Shown: positions 44,538 to 57,547, counted from the first letter of the stretch. The stretch: DNA of 57,547 nt from Klebsormidium nitens (GCA_000708835.1 DF237245.1:52491-110037); one strand, 5' to 3'. Numbers and translations: made by a program. The notes: generated from the letters alone by a model not told the origin.

Positions 44538-47500
44538 TTTGGGAAAAGGTAAAAGCTAAAAAAAGCAAGGAAAGCCGCTTATACTTACGTCAGACATACT
44601 AATGATCGGATGTCCTAGTTAGCTGTGCTCGAGCGTGATTCCAAACAAAGATGACAGATAGGATGCGGCCTCAGGCGTGCTCTTGAAAGGCGTATTTCTT
44701 GACAGGTTACTGGGTTTGTAAGGAGCTGTCGGCACCGACAAGTGATCGTGACTCAAGTGTGTTTTGTTCTTTTGATTCCTGTTCTTGAGGCCAATGTATC
44801 AACCAAAAAGCCCCAAAGTATTCGTGCCCAGTGTCGGAAAGAAACTTCGGCTGTGCTTGCATCTCCAGCGTGGCGTCTGCTCCGCGGGCGTGATATATTG
44901 AAAAGAGATCTGCCATTGCAACTCATGTTTCATTCCGATCTTTGACCTTTGATGATGAATCAACGGGGTGTACTTCCGATCTCTGAAATCTCTGGAACGG
45001 TCTTATACCAGGAGTAAGATCCTTTTTGTTCCCCCGTGATTTTGTATGTGCTTCAAGATCAGCTCCAGCCCATGAGTATTCGGCAGACCCTCTTTAGGAG
45101 ACTCGGTTTGTTCATGAGACTCCGCATCGACCGAAAGCTTTGCGGACGTTGCCTAAGCATAGTTGTCTTCGTAAATGTTTAAGGTAGGGTCGTGCTTTCG
45201 CTAGTTGACAGGGTATTGACGATCGAATAACAAAGGAAAGCCCCTCTACACAATAATATATTGCTGATCAACAACCACGGTACCACGGACAGGTGGCAAC
45301 GCATGCCGCGTAGAAGAGTTCAAACTCTCACCTCGTTCCGATCCTCTTTGCAATCTATGGGTAAGAGAATACAAGAGTAGTGTACTGCAGCTCCTAAAAC
45401 GAAGAAAGCACGCTTGAATCGTCGTCGGAGGATGGTTCTAAAGCAGCAATGCATTGGATAAGAGTGCCGTACGCCTTGAAACCTGAATGGCAAATCGAAT
45501 CTTCAGGTCTTTATCCTGGGTCCTTTGTTAATCTTAGAGGGGCACCGAACCGTACCAATTTTTGAGATTCCATGGAATAGTCGTCGTCGTTCAAACGTAC
45601 CGGAATATGTCTAGTACAATCATGTTTGAGAGTCGTCTCGATCTCCGATACAGTCTCAATAAGACTAGTGACGTCTCTTTCATGTCTCTCTGGTGCCGAG
45701 CAAGGACGATCTCGAGCGCAATCTTTGTTAACCGGTGTTCACGGATGCCGTTGGCGCCTTAGTCCGAGCTAGCTCTCCCTCATTGCCTGATGAGAGTGGG
45801 TGACATGCCGTAAACTTATCATGTGGACTCCGATTCGATGCTTTGCTATAAGGACCATCTTTCCATCTTACTACGGCATCGTAACGCATGGGGTGCGCTC
45901 GAGACTTACAACATGCCTGCCAGAAAAACCAGTAATGATAGTTCATGTAGATACTTTGTCGCCGGGAACTCTGGAAATCGATGATACCAGTTTTCGCGGG
46001 TTGGGAACATCGTGTCTTCCTGCCTTGCAGCGCCCGGCCGTGAAGACGGCACAATTACAAACTCAGATGCATCGAGTGTTATATTTCTGGTCGGACCCAG
46101 CTTCCTGCCAGTGCATCTTCTGCATCAAGCACCTGCAAATATTAGGTACCCCAACGAACTTTCAGTTGGCGCCCGTTCATCGCATGGTGAGGTGCAGTGG
46201 AGCTAGGTGAAGTAGACGAATTGAGTCACCGTAGGACGGAGAAGCTTTGAAACCCATCAATTGGCGCGCGTACTGAATGTTGCTTGCGTCATCGACAGCA
46301 TTTTTTACAGGATTTCTGAGATTTGAACTTGAACATTCGTGTGACCTAGCTGCTGACAGGCCGGAGCGGCCGCGTCCCGTGCGTCCGCCGCCCAAGGTAG
46401 GGTTTTGCCGGGGGTTTGGCGACCAGCCGCGCGCGTACATCGGAATCTTCTGACCTCAGCATCTGTGACGTCAGCTGTGCTAACGAATACGGATAGCAAC
46501 GTGGCGTGCTTCAAACTTGCCTCTGACGTCAGGATTCTGGAAAGGTACGGGATTCTCCGCTCTGAAATTGAACCCCAGCTCGCCGGCGGCATAGGTGGCC
46601 TGCCTTCCTGCGTAGCTTCCTCCACCACTGCTTGGCAGGATCCAGGAGGATGTGCTCGATCTCAATTCTCCCTAGCTGCATCAGGAAATTTCATTCTTTC
46701 AAGACGGTGAAGCAACCTAGCAAGCCTTTTTGCGGTGGGTGAATCCGAGCTTTCTAAACATAATTCTCAAAGCGTGCCTGGTGAGCAAGATATTACGATA
46801 ATTCTTTGCACGGCGGATAGGTAGTCAGGATCAGCGTTTCACTCAGGTCAGACTGCTACGTATCTGCATTGGACACATCTCACAGCCTCCTTCCTCTTCC
46901 CTCTACATCCTGCAACAAGTTATCAAAGGTCGGCAGCCTAAGGAATTTGAGTGCGAGTTCCTGCCAGAACAGCAGTTCCAGTTTGACCTGACAAATAACA
47001 AGGCTACCTCCGCAGTGCAGCAAAATGGCTGGCGAATCGAGCGACATTACGGTAAGCTGCGGCAGTCAAGGCATCTTAAACCTCCATTTGCTGTGCGGAA
47101 CTTGATTGCAACAACGCTATCAGTGCCCAATTGGCCTGCACAGAACATGATTATCAAAACCAGCGCTCAGCTGATTCAAGAGCCATTGACAAGCTCAATG
47201 TGCAACATCGTCGGCAGGTGCCTCTATGCAATGAAAAGTAACAGGGAATCCTGATGTACAATGGGGTCAAACAATGATCCTCCAGACTGGTCAAGCGTTC
47301 TGACTCTAATATAGCAACTCAATAACGGGACTCACTCTGGGAATGCCAGGATAGCGATTGCTCACTTTATCACAAGCACTTCCTTCTTGATGTCTGGCGC
47401 CTGTGTGACCTGAAAAGATCATCGCTCAACTTTAGCTTGTGATGCCATCCTCTGGCGCTGAGCTTGTCATTGCTTGAGGAGTGAATGGTTCCCTTTCGTC

Positions 47501-47977
47501 CGATCATAGCGAATCCAGCAGAAACAGTTGCTTGAGCCATTTTCGAGGTCCAACTTCTGCGCCATGTGTAGAAGTTGCACAGTATCAAGCTTCTTAACAA
47601 GGAGGAAACATATTTCAGTGACATGAAAGGGGGACTTTATCACGGCTCGCCCACTTGGCCTGCATCCTCCCTGCCACTGCCAACTTCAGAGGCCTCCAAT
47701 ACACCCCACAGACTCAATGTTGTGCAATGTTTTCCCCTCCTATGGGGGCCTTGAGATCCGTTCTAGTTAGCCGTCTGCTCGCTAGCTGAACACTTGAATG
47801 ATTGCAAGGTGGACACATGCTGCAAAAGTGAAGGCCTACGGTCGAAAGCACTCACTGGCAACCAACCCTGATGAGGGCCTGCTTACTTTGTCCTCATGTC
47901 CTCTGCACAAGAACCCCAGTGCCCTCCAGAGAAAGTTCAAAGGCTGAGTGAAGTTTGTCTTTTATCTGTGTTTCCAG

Positions 47978-50488
47978 CTTTACCACGCCGTACCGACCCG
48001 CTCGTGCAGGGTCCTCTTTCTCCTGGAAGAGCTCGGCCTTCCCTACAAGGTGACTCGCCACCTCCTGATTCAGCTCCTTGATCCCAAATGCAGATTCATA
48101 ACGTGGCCAAGTTTTTTTTGTACGAAATGCCCTCTGCTTTAGCGCCCACATCTCAGGTGCAGCTTGATGACTAACCAGGCCTGTTTGCCTCTTGTCAACC
48201 CTGGTAGTTCGGGAATAGGGCCTCGAGAGAAGTTCTGCTGACTTGCAAAAAATCTTGTCCAGCTTGTCAAGAAGGAGTTCAAGCCCTTCGGTCTGAGAGA
48301 TGACGTTGAGTACTGCGCATCAATTCACCCGCGGGGTTCCCTCCCCGGGTTCAAGGATGGCGAGACAGTCATCATCGAGTCAAGTAAGCCCCGCCACATT
48401 TTTGCGCTCGTTTGTAGCTTGCTATTGAGCGCTTTGTTTCAAAGTGACTTCAAAACGCCAAGTCGCAGCCTGAAGGCAGGCAGTCCTAAACCACCTCAAC
48501 CAAGGAAGCTGCCCCCCCTACCCTCAAACGAATGGTCATCCTTCCCCCTTCATTTGATTGTTTGCAATGCTTGAAGGCTTGGATCAGCGATACGGCCTCG
48601 ACGATAAGCTTTCCCCCGGCTGACCAACCAGTCGCTTATTTTTCTCTCCAGTTGCAATCCTCCAATACCTGATCGAGCAATACGATCCCGAGCATAAGAT
48701 GTCCCCCCCGCTGAGCGATAAGCCGGCGCGTGCAGCCTACCTCAACTGGCTCACTTTCGCGGAGGCCTCATACGCCTCTTCCGTCGTCTTTCCGGTGATG
48801 CACATGTTTGTTCTGCCGGAAGAGGCACGGAATCCAACCGCGGCAGCGAGGTGAGGCCGGAATCGGAACGGGCGGAAGTGCCCACCTTTTGACCATGAGA
48901 CGTTCGATTCGCTTTGGGATACGGTCATTGCAATTCGTACCGGGGCCATCTAGAAACCTGTGGCACGTGGGCTGGCCAGTAATTCTGCTGTGTTCGTCAC
49001 AGCTTAGTGTGGAGGTTACCTTTTGTAGGCGCGAGTGATTGGGACACTTTCCTCTTCCGCTTCACAAAATCCATCCATTTTTGAAGGATTACTCGGGTCG
49101 CAACAAGTCTCGGTCTCCTTTTGAGTACTGTGTCCGTCGCCTGACGATTCCCCCCTCACTTGTCCTCTTTCCTCGTTTCCACTTCCAGTCCGGTCGCTGC
49201 AATGCTCGTCTTCATTCTCTTGCTGCTCTGGATTCGTTCATGATCTCAATTTGGCCTCCCTTTCGTCCCAGGATAGTGGTTCGCGGCTCCATGGTCCCGT
49301 TTCTCCTGTCCGTTCTGTTCTTCCGTGCCCCTCTGTATGTTCGGCTTCCGTTCTCCGGCCTTCGGGCCTTGTACTTAGTCTAGCTGTCGCCAGAGTATTC
49401 TCCTTGCTGCAACTTGGAGTCAGACTCCGTTCCTGCTTCCGGACTCGTTCTCAAGGCAAAGCACATCCCAGCTCGACCTCTTGCCTCTTGGTTCGCAGTT
49501 TCAAGAAGTCCGCAGAGGAGAATCTGAAGATCCTGGACAAGGCCCTCGAGGGAAAGCCCAAGGGCATTGTCAACAACGAATTTTCTGCGGCGGACATCGC
49601 CCTGTACCAGGTTAGTCTGTCCAAACTTCTCGTACTCGGTCGTTTCAGCGAGTTGGATATGCAGGAAAAGCCAGCCAAGGAGAGTGTGAAAGAAAGGCTG
49701 TTTAGGCGAGAGAGCTGCTTGAGCTTCATGCTGTTTGGGTCGCAAGTTCGGTTTGATTTGATTGATTGCGGAATGAATATGAAGAGCTGCCAAACAGGTC
49801 ACCCAAAGACCGACTAAGACGTCCGAACCAGAGCGAAGCAGAGGTTATAGTTTGAAGTAAAGTAATGTAAGAGCAGGCAAAGAGCCTTCTGGTCCAAGCT
49901 CCTCGATATAGGCCTGGCGCTGGTCATCTCGTAACATGGACTGGCTTCACGGCGGCTGACTTCACTTCAATTTGTTTGCCAAGTATTGCCGATAGATCTT
50001 TCTCATTCATTGCTTCTGGTCGAGCTCTCCGATCATCTCTTGAAGCTCGTTTACGTGACACGCAATGCGCATCCCCGCTTAAGACAAAGTGCCCAAATAA
50101 TACGAACGACACGTCATCGTCGCTTCTTACAAACTACTGCTGAACGGGGCAAGCAGTATATTGGGACAACAACCATCCTGTTCAAAGTTCCAGAGTGAAG
50201 CTTAGTGGCCTTGAGTTCCGAATTAACGAGACGGTGTTGAATCTGCTTTGTAAAATGCGGTTGGTTTGGAACCACCCTGGATAAATCAATCTCATCTCTG
50301 ACTCATAGCAAGTGCTTGATCTAGAAATACCCTTGGGTTAACCATTATCAATTTGGGTTTGAGCGCAGACCACGTATCTGGCGGCGGAGTTCCTGAAGAT
50401 GATTACGCCTGAGACGTACCCCAATGTCGCAGCCTGGTATGCCGAGACTGCGAAGAGGCCCGCGGCAGTCAAGGCATATGAAGCATAA
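47978..50488 (+). CDS. Glutathione S-transferase, GTT1-like/bacterial-type (first coding exon not located)
   Basis: Exons 47978-48049 (LYHAVPTRSCRVLFLLEELGLPYK), 48263-48383 (..IHPRGSLPGFKDGETVIIES), 48652-48850 (IAILQYLIEQYD..AAYLNWLTFAE), 49499-49610 (..LKILDKALEG..FSAADIALYQ) and 50369-50488 (..YPNVAAWYAETAKRPA..*) join in phase through GT-AG introns. The cis-Pro, ES and N-capping SAAD motifs are typical of GSTs. Confidence 0.92.
49040..49440 (+). repeat. Pyrimidine-rich, A-poor low-complexity tract in a GST intron
   Basis: Dense TCCG/TTCC/TCGG/TCCC motifs with few adenines on the + strand. Confidence 0.6.
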
Positions 50489-51969
50489 GTTAGCGCGCTG
50501 AGCAGCAATCAGGCAGGTCGCGGTAAAACAAGTTCGAAGCAGAAACTTCGTGATTTAAGCAAGTTTTGACCCAGGTAGCATGCAGCAGATGCTGGCTCGG
50601 TTCCGTAACCCCTGTTGTGGCGGTGTACGCGTGCAATCAGACAATCCAACATCTGACTTGCTGTGAGCTAGACATGAATGATTGTCTGCCGGCGTGTGAC
50701 ATTTTCTTAATGGCAAAAGGTGATGGTTACTAGATTCAAGCCCACTGCAAACGAAATGTGCATCCGATCCTTTGCGATTCAATCAGTGGCCGGCCGACAT
50801 TAATGAACTTATATTGAGCTGCAATTGACAGATTTTGTCCATATCATTTACCTATCATTGCCGACAGGATGCGTAACAATCTCAAACCGTAATTGTTGAC
50901 GGTATGCACAGCACATATGCGGTGTCGAACGTGCTAGTATAGCTAGCTAGCTAGACTGCGGCGCATACTATGCTCGACCGTCATACTTGACACAACTAGT
51001 CCAACCCCTTGATCGATCCAGGATTCAGCTGAGATGCATCCATAATCATGGACCTAACGGTCCGGAATATTTGACGAACGCAGCCTGCACAATCGTCATG
51101 CTCGTGCGGGCCGCGCGCGCTCAGTTTAGTGCGCGGCCAAATTTAACCAGAGGGCAGCTACTAGTATAGATCCAGATCGCTAAGACGCAGACAGGTGCAC
51201 GCGCACTATAATTGCGATTCAATTCTTCGTGCCTTCACTACTCAGTGCAAGCTAGCCGCGCTAGCTTTCATGACAACCAATTGTTGCATATGGGCGGCTT
51301 AAGGGCAATCTTGATACGGCCAAACTTAATGGTGACGACCCTCGCGATCATAATCCACTAAAACGTCTTCTCATTCCGTAATTAGTTTGGACTCACTATA
51401 TAGTAGAATAACTCAGGCTAGCTGAGCTGCAGCTGCGTGTACCGCACTAGCGCAAGAAACCGTCAGTGTCACAGTCAAGCTTGCAAGCCTGGCTGCCCGC
51501 GGATTCCATGCAGGCTTTCCGGCTGGACGTCCCGATATCCTGACAGGCTCAGGGTCTTCACACATGTGACAGGGGTACTGGTATGCCCCGCGGGACAACC
51601 TCGACGTATTTGCAATTCATCTCGTACGCAGTCGCTAAGTTTTCAACATCAATGAACAAATTGCGCTGAACCGGACAAAGGGCAAAAGCTGTAATTTGCT
51701 AGCTGACAATAGTCACTCTCCTCTGGATGTCAAAGTCTGCCCTTGGAAATGAGTTCTGAATCCATAAGAAAGAGATTTTGTGTGCATGCCGAAATCAAAA
51801 ATCGAAAAGCTGGTCATACAGAGACCGGCTGGCGACATAGTGAAGTGAGCCTGGCCGCATGTGAAAGACGTGTTACACCAATTTGCTACGCTTTACATCG
51901 TCTTAAAGGTTCGTGAATTGATTAGATGGCATCTCTCGACACCAAAAGTACTTGGCCGGTTTCACTGGA

Positions 51970-54900
51970 CTAGTCATTGCCAGCCTCCAAAGCTGCAGCT
52001 CCTGAGATAATCTCAATAAGCTCGGTTGTGATGGCAGCCTGCCGAGATCTGCACAGGTTGAACCACAGTGTTAGCACGACAGGAGCAGCGAGTCGCTCGA
52101 AGAAAGAACCTCCTAAGAAGCTGGCACTTAGCATCACTTGGCGCCTTTAGAACCTCAATCGCTCTTCATAGTATCCTTAATAGGATCAGCGCTAGGATGC
52201 TACCAAACAATCAAGAAGCCGAAGTTCTGAATCGATGACGGCACGCTGGCTTTCCAGACAATCATTCCACCGGGCAAGCCCCAAGGCTCTCCAGCTCTCC
52301 AGACAGCACCAAACGGACAATGTTATGAATCTGCGATGACGCAGTAGCGATGACGCGGCAGCTTCCGAGACAATCACTCCAACCGGAAGCCTCAGCTCTT
52401 TAGCTCAGTACAGTCCAAAGGGGCCGGGCTTTGCAAGCTTTGCTTAGGATGTCACCTGTTGTAGTTGAGGGTGAGCTTCTCCAGGACCTCGCTGGCGTTC
52501 CTGGTGGACGAGTCCATGGCGGACATGCGTGCACCCTGCTCGCTCGTGGCGTTCTCTACCAGGCCGTTGTACAGCACCTGCGCGTGACACCGTCACCATC
52601 AGCAAGGAGAGAAAACTAGCCTTCTTGTCGAGAGTGTCAGGGTGCTGACCCTTGCACAAGGGATCCCTAAACAATCCATCTCCACGAGTCCATTTGTGTA
52701 GATCCGCTAGAAATACAGATCGTTACAAATCCGTCCTTGCTGCAAACGCGTTCAAACGGGATCTACAGTCTCGAGAAAAGCTTGCGAACTTGGAAGGAGC
52801 CAGCAATGGGGACCGCCTTCGTCAGTACCGAATCGCTACTCGATCCTATGTCAGGCTCTGAGCTGCAGCCCTTGCGAGATACAAAGCTCACTTCGGCTGG
52901 AGGAGAAGGTATGCTTATGCAACGACTCAACGAACTATCTGTCAGTGTCAGGGAAACGAGATAAGTCAAGCATCATCGTCGATTTCGTAGCAAGTAGAAG
53001 TTGGCCTTCTGCTGTTACCTCGTTCATTGCGAGACAAAAGCTGAGCTATCGTAAGCAATCTCTACACACCTTGGGGCGCCTGCTCACGCCCCTACAGAAA
53101 GCACAAATGACCGAGGAGGAAAGAGGATTCAAAACACGTGGAACCGTCTATGTCAAGAGGCCGCTACTGGGGACTCACCGAGGCAAGGTGGAACTCGCTC
53201 AGGTCTTGGAGCACCTCTGCTGCGCCATTCTCGGTCCCTTCAAATTCGTACTCCTCCAGGGAGCCGCCGCCCTCCAGCTGGTCTTGAAGGGTCTGCAACC
53301 AGTATGCAAAGTCGACTTAAGCTAGCATGTCTTCTCAACCCGCTCAACCGCTAAGAGTGTTGAGCAGGTTCTGGGAAACGGAACGAGGTTCTTCTGGTGG
53401 TCTTACAGGGTATGAGGAGGTCAGGTATACCAACGTCACCTTAGTGGGCGTTCTTACTTTGGCCGGTTGCTTTCAAGCACACGCAGTATGACTGGACAAA
53501 TGTAAAGTAGAGCGTTCGCAGAAAATGGCCGCGGAACGAGCTTCCATTTGACGGGTGGCGACACAGAGGATCATAACGAGAGCTGAGAAGAAATGCACTG
53601 ACTGAGCGCGACTGTAACTGGTTGTGAGTACACAGATCAGGAAACAACACGGACCCTTGAACAAGCAAGCCAGCAAGATACTGCGACAAGAGGAGAGGGT
53701 TGCAAGATGTTCCGAAAAAGATCCTCACGCACTCTCGGCAATATGCAAAGAAAGAGGCAACTCCCAGACAGGCAGTCTGCAGATCTGAGAAATGGCTGGG
53801 GGACAAGCCTCTTTGCTGTCACCAGCGTCCATCTTGTCAACGTTAACGGATATGACGCTTCAGATCCTTCCGTCAGATTCCATACGAGAGGTCCTGATCA
53901 CGTGGCAAGTCCTAGGTGCTCACAGCTAAAGCCCAGATTGCACCCTCAGACTGGCTTCGTTAGCTGAAGATCGGACGGCTGTGACAGCGGTTCGGCCATC
54001 GCAGCGGACCTGCGGTCTGCCTGCAGAAGGGGGCTTACCGTTGCAGAGAGGACGGTCGCCACGGTGGGCTGGAAGGAGATGGTGGACGCGAATCTGTTGA
54101 AGATGACCCGATAGACGTCGTATTCCTTCTCCTTCATGATCTGGTCAATCATCTCACACACCTGCGGGCAGGAAATGCACGTAAAACTTAGGCTCGTCGA
54201 GTCCATGAAAACTCGGTGGAGTACCTGTGATCCTGAGCTTTCTGCGAAATCCAGCACAGAAGTGCTTGAACGCAAAGAAACGTTGCTGGAAAGTATGGCT
54301 GTGCTGCGATCAAGCGCGGTTGGAGGCCCGCTTCAACTGTTGAGAATGTACGACTAGACTCCGCGAATTCGGGAATGACACACAGGACTGGACTTGTTCA
54401 AGTACATGAAAGTTTTATTCCAAAAACAGGCGCTTCTGTACAATGCAACCCGCTCGTCAGGAGCCAAATATTGCAATGAGGATTGGCCATACGCCTTACC
54501 AGACTGAAGTTGATCCCGACTCTGCTGTAGTCGACGGCAGTGAGCACCAGCGACTTGGACAGGTCACGCTGGAGCTGCGCCTTGCCCTTCTCTCCCAGGA
54601 CCGCAATGTCGACCAGGGGCTTGGGGTTCTCGGCAACCGCAGTGACATCTGCGGGGGACACAAAGAGGCCTAGGTGAGGAGCTTGGTGAGCAACTTGGTG
54701 AAGACAGTTGCAGTCGGGAGATACTTATAAAACCACGTTCTTTCAAAGTAGGAGGGCGGTGATTGAGGGCGTTCTATGCAAGAGAACAGCCAGCACGGGG
54801 AGCATTCAATCTTGAAAGAGGATCCGGTGAGGGAAGAGGAAGGTCGCAGAGTGCCCTTTATTCCCGCTTTGCTATCTAACTACAGCAACATTAATCATAC

Positions 54901-56982
54901 ACAAGGCTTTCATGCCAGATCAAAGCACAGCAGTGCCAGAACTGACACAAAAGAGCAACACTTCACAGCAGTGCCAGAACTGACACAAAAGAGCAACACT
55001 TCCCAGCCGCATGTTGCAGACCAAAAACTTAACGATACGATGCCTCACAGAGCAAACCTACCATGCTGGTCCAGCCACCTTTTGTAGGCCCGAGTGTACT
55101 TGACTGCCGTGGAGTTGATGCCACCGCACAGGCCTTTGTCGCTGGAGACTGTGATGGTCAGGCTCTTCTCCGCAACAGTGGCTGCAAAATAAATAGGGGA
55201 GCACCTCAGCAATCAAGTGACACAGAAAGAATCTCACCAGCATGTTTACGACATGCGCCACGGAAGAAACGCCATACGGAGCTCGCTGAGGCAATTGTGG
55301 GGTTTGTTGCTGCATGGATTGCCCTTAAAATGTCATCTCAAACACCACGTCTGTGCCGAGAAGGACATGTCACTTGCGATAGCACATTGGGGGATGAATA
55401 TTGCAATTTGACCGGAAGCAGCGCAAAACTGCTATGAATAAGCTGAAACAATCTATGCAACTTCCAGTGTGCAATCAGGGCAGCAGGTCTGACCAGGGGC
55501 GTCTCCAAGGAGCGCAGTGAATGGCTGCCAGATGCTGCGGGTTTTCTCCAGCTGCTCCTGCGCTCTGCGGAGCTTGGATGCTGCCACCATCTTCATGGCC
55601 TTGGTGATCTTCTGAATGTTCTTCACAGACTTCATTCTGTTCTTGACTGCACGCGCACCAGAAATCAAGAATGAGGTGTCAAGCAAAACAGTTCGGTTCT
55701 TCGGAGGTTGCTGCTTTTGTGCAGATTGCCACTCTGAGAGCATGACTGCCAAAATCCTTGCGAACTTGACCGAATGATGTGAGCACATGCAACTTTCTAA
55801 GGGCACAGGGATTGGATTCAAGGCGGCAATCAATTCCTAATGGCCTATCAAGATCTTCCGCCCCAAGATTTTCCGCCGCGTACATTCAAGAGGTAAGGGC
55901 CACAGAGAGCGACAATAGTTTCTATAAGGAGGCCGTAAGCTTACCAGCAAGTTGCGAAGCATTTCTGGAACCAGCGGTGCCGAGTTCGCTGCATTGGAGC
56001 ATGCAGAAAAATCTTAGTCACATGCACAGAGAGGGCCGTCGCTTTCAGATCCCCATTGCTTTTGGAGGCTCCGCCAGCACACAAATTCCCTTGCTGAAAG
56101 ATTGGAGGGTTTCGGCGGCAAAGTTGGACAATGTAGTCGCAAATTCAACATCTTCTATAAGGGCATGGCTTTCAGGTACTGATTCAATATGCAAGAGGTC
56201 TCCAGATCAGAAAATGCATCAAGGATCGCAAAGATTGACGAAGGCGATAAATTCTGATGGACCGGGCAGGGCTCAATTGCAGATCAGCATGCACCATTAC
56301 CAACTTTGCTTGCACAAATCCCTGTGGTGAGATTCGATTGGCTTGTCACCAACGGTCTCTGTAACAAACTTTTCTCCAAAGTCCCAGATTTTTGTCTTGT
56401 CTGATCTGCGGCTACACTATCAATGCTGAGGAGAAATGCCACTGCATACATTGCTGAGCGTCCTGAGCAGTTACTTGCTCAAGAGGACCTCGAATGGAGC
56501 AAAATAAACCCTATTTCCTCGTCGTGATCCACTTTGATCAAGAGCCTTCCAGGAAGAATAGCCGTATACATTCAAGTGGTGACTTCGAGTTGTCTCTCTG
56601 CGCCGGCTAGCGAGGATACAATCAGACAATCATCTTTGATGTTGGGATGTTTCTGGCAGGCAATGTCAATCTGCCCTAAGCTGCAAAACGTGCTCCTAAC
56701 TGAAGCTGTTGCAGCTAGACTCGAATGTGCTGGCACGACGAACGACCGTATGCTCGCGGTGCAAACAGACAGGAATGCTCGGATACACCCCTGCCCTCGC
56801 TATCCCAAAGCTGATGTCATCCTTAGTCTTCTGCATCACCAGCATACTCTCGATCGCAGAGCAGCTCACCCGTTGATGAAGTTCTGCGCCCCAAAAGCTC
56901 CCCCAAACGTCTGTTCTGAAGCAGGCCCCAGGCCCTGGACCAGCCGCCCCAGCAGCCGGCGGGCCCCTCCCTGCATTGCCAT
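51970..56982 (-). CDS. ATP3: Mitochondrial F1-ATP synthase gamma subunit, 9 exons, 338 aa
   Basis: Exons 56982-56870, 55988-55945, 55646-55494, 55181-55062, 54648-54500, 54161-54039, 53292-53179, 52577-52456 and 52048-51970 sum to 1017 nt with consistent phases. The presequence is [14 protein letters not shown]. Family motifs are [51 protein letters not shown] and [19 protein letters not shown]. Confidence 0.97.
54926..55001. repeat. Perfect 38-bp tandem duplication in an ATP synthase gamma intron
   Basis: cacagcagtgccagaactgacacaaaagagcaacactt occurs twice, at 54926-54963 and 54964-55001. Confidence 0.95.
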
Positions 56983-57342
56983 GATGTCGGCCCCAGCAGA
57001 CCCTCCCACTCAACGGATGAAGTCAGCACCGTGGGGCCGTCCTCCAAAGGAAACCTCTATGTGTGCGGACTGCACCTCTACCCGCGCAGGTTTCAAATAC
57101 AAGAAGAAATCAGATTGAGCCGCCAAACGCGACGGTGGACACCACAAACGCCTACCGTGTACGCCTTCTCGACGCTCGTGGCGCCCTTCTCTTTCCTGAC
57201 GCCCCACTTCCTTCTCTCATTCAGGAATCAGAACTGGCAGCGCAGGGTTTTAAAGGTTATAACAGGACAAATGTAGCGATTTTGACTAGCTTGGTCTGAA
57301 ACGAGACCATTTCGACGACCAGTATGCTCATAGGCTCATCCC

Positions 57343-57444
57343 CTACTTGTCAAGGGGGATGAAATCGAAGAACTTCCTTTGTCGAAGCCGGCTCAAAGTT
57401 GAGTTGAACCCCAGGTTTTGGTTAACTCCCAGTTTGAACTTTGC
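57343..57444 (-). CDS. Possible terminal exon of a gene starting beyond the window
   Basis: The acceptor-like ttgtccag is followed by AKFKLGVNQNLGFNSTLSRLRQRKFFDFIPLDK*. Phase and identity are unknown. Confidence 0.35.
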   Translation of the reverse strand, partial: AKFKLGVNQNLGFNSTLSRLRQRKFFDFIPLDK

Positions 57445-57547
57445 CTGGACAAATCCAGTACACTGCACTGCATGAATGCGGCTCGAGTATAGGTAGTCAG
57501 TATCCTCGATACTAGAGGTCTGAGAGAGCTACACCCGGGTCAACAAG

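Noticed and set aside
49251-49817. 188-aa ORF
   Set aside because: It is a single GST exon (49499-49610) extended into flanking introns.
50930-50960. (AGCT)n palindromic microsatellite
   Set aside because: An ordinary short simple repeat in intergenic DNA.
55779-57118. 183-aa and 194-aa plus-strand ORFs
   Set aside because: They are antisense to ATP synthase gamma exons 1-2 and intron 1, with no recognisable motifs.

Overview
Eukaryotic, intron-rich nuclear DNA. The plant-type mitochondrial ATP synthase gamma gene and GT-AG intron style suggest a green alga such as Klebsormidium (inference, not verified). The right end (47.9-57.5 kb) holds housekeeping genes: a GTT1-like glutathione S-transferase (+) and a complete 9-exon mitochondrial ATP synthase gamma gene (-). 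The rest is a fast-evolving accessory zone with four parts. (1) An intronless F-box-like/LRR gene, a Cys-rich ORF and a tRNA-like remnant (0.2-3 kb). (2) A decayed array of two interleaved gene families with shared GC-rich promoter modules (~5.4-32 kb). (3) Inserted in that array, a full-length 12.64-kb Plavaka (CMC-related) DNA transposon (9228-21869). Its imperfect TIRs, 2-bp TSD and empty-site paralog are all visible, and it carries an intron-rich transposase plus a divergent acidic accessory gene. (4) The most unusual structure: a ~3.8-kb unit repeated three times (33.5-44.5 kb). Each unit holds a head-to-head pair of related but consistently distinct intronless orphan genes (types A and B). 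These have an N-myristoylation consensus, a conserved C-terminal LKPAPWEV motif and an inverted telo-box-like shared promoter. In every pair one partner carries a major lesion while the other is intact or nearly so. One dead copy contains a Helitron2/Helentron-like element and a MITE whose ends form an in-frame GT-AG intron. All calls come from manual reading; no database searches were run.
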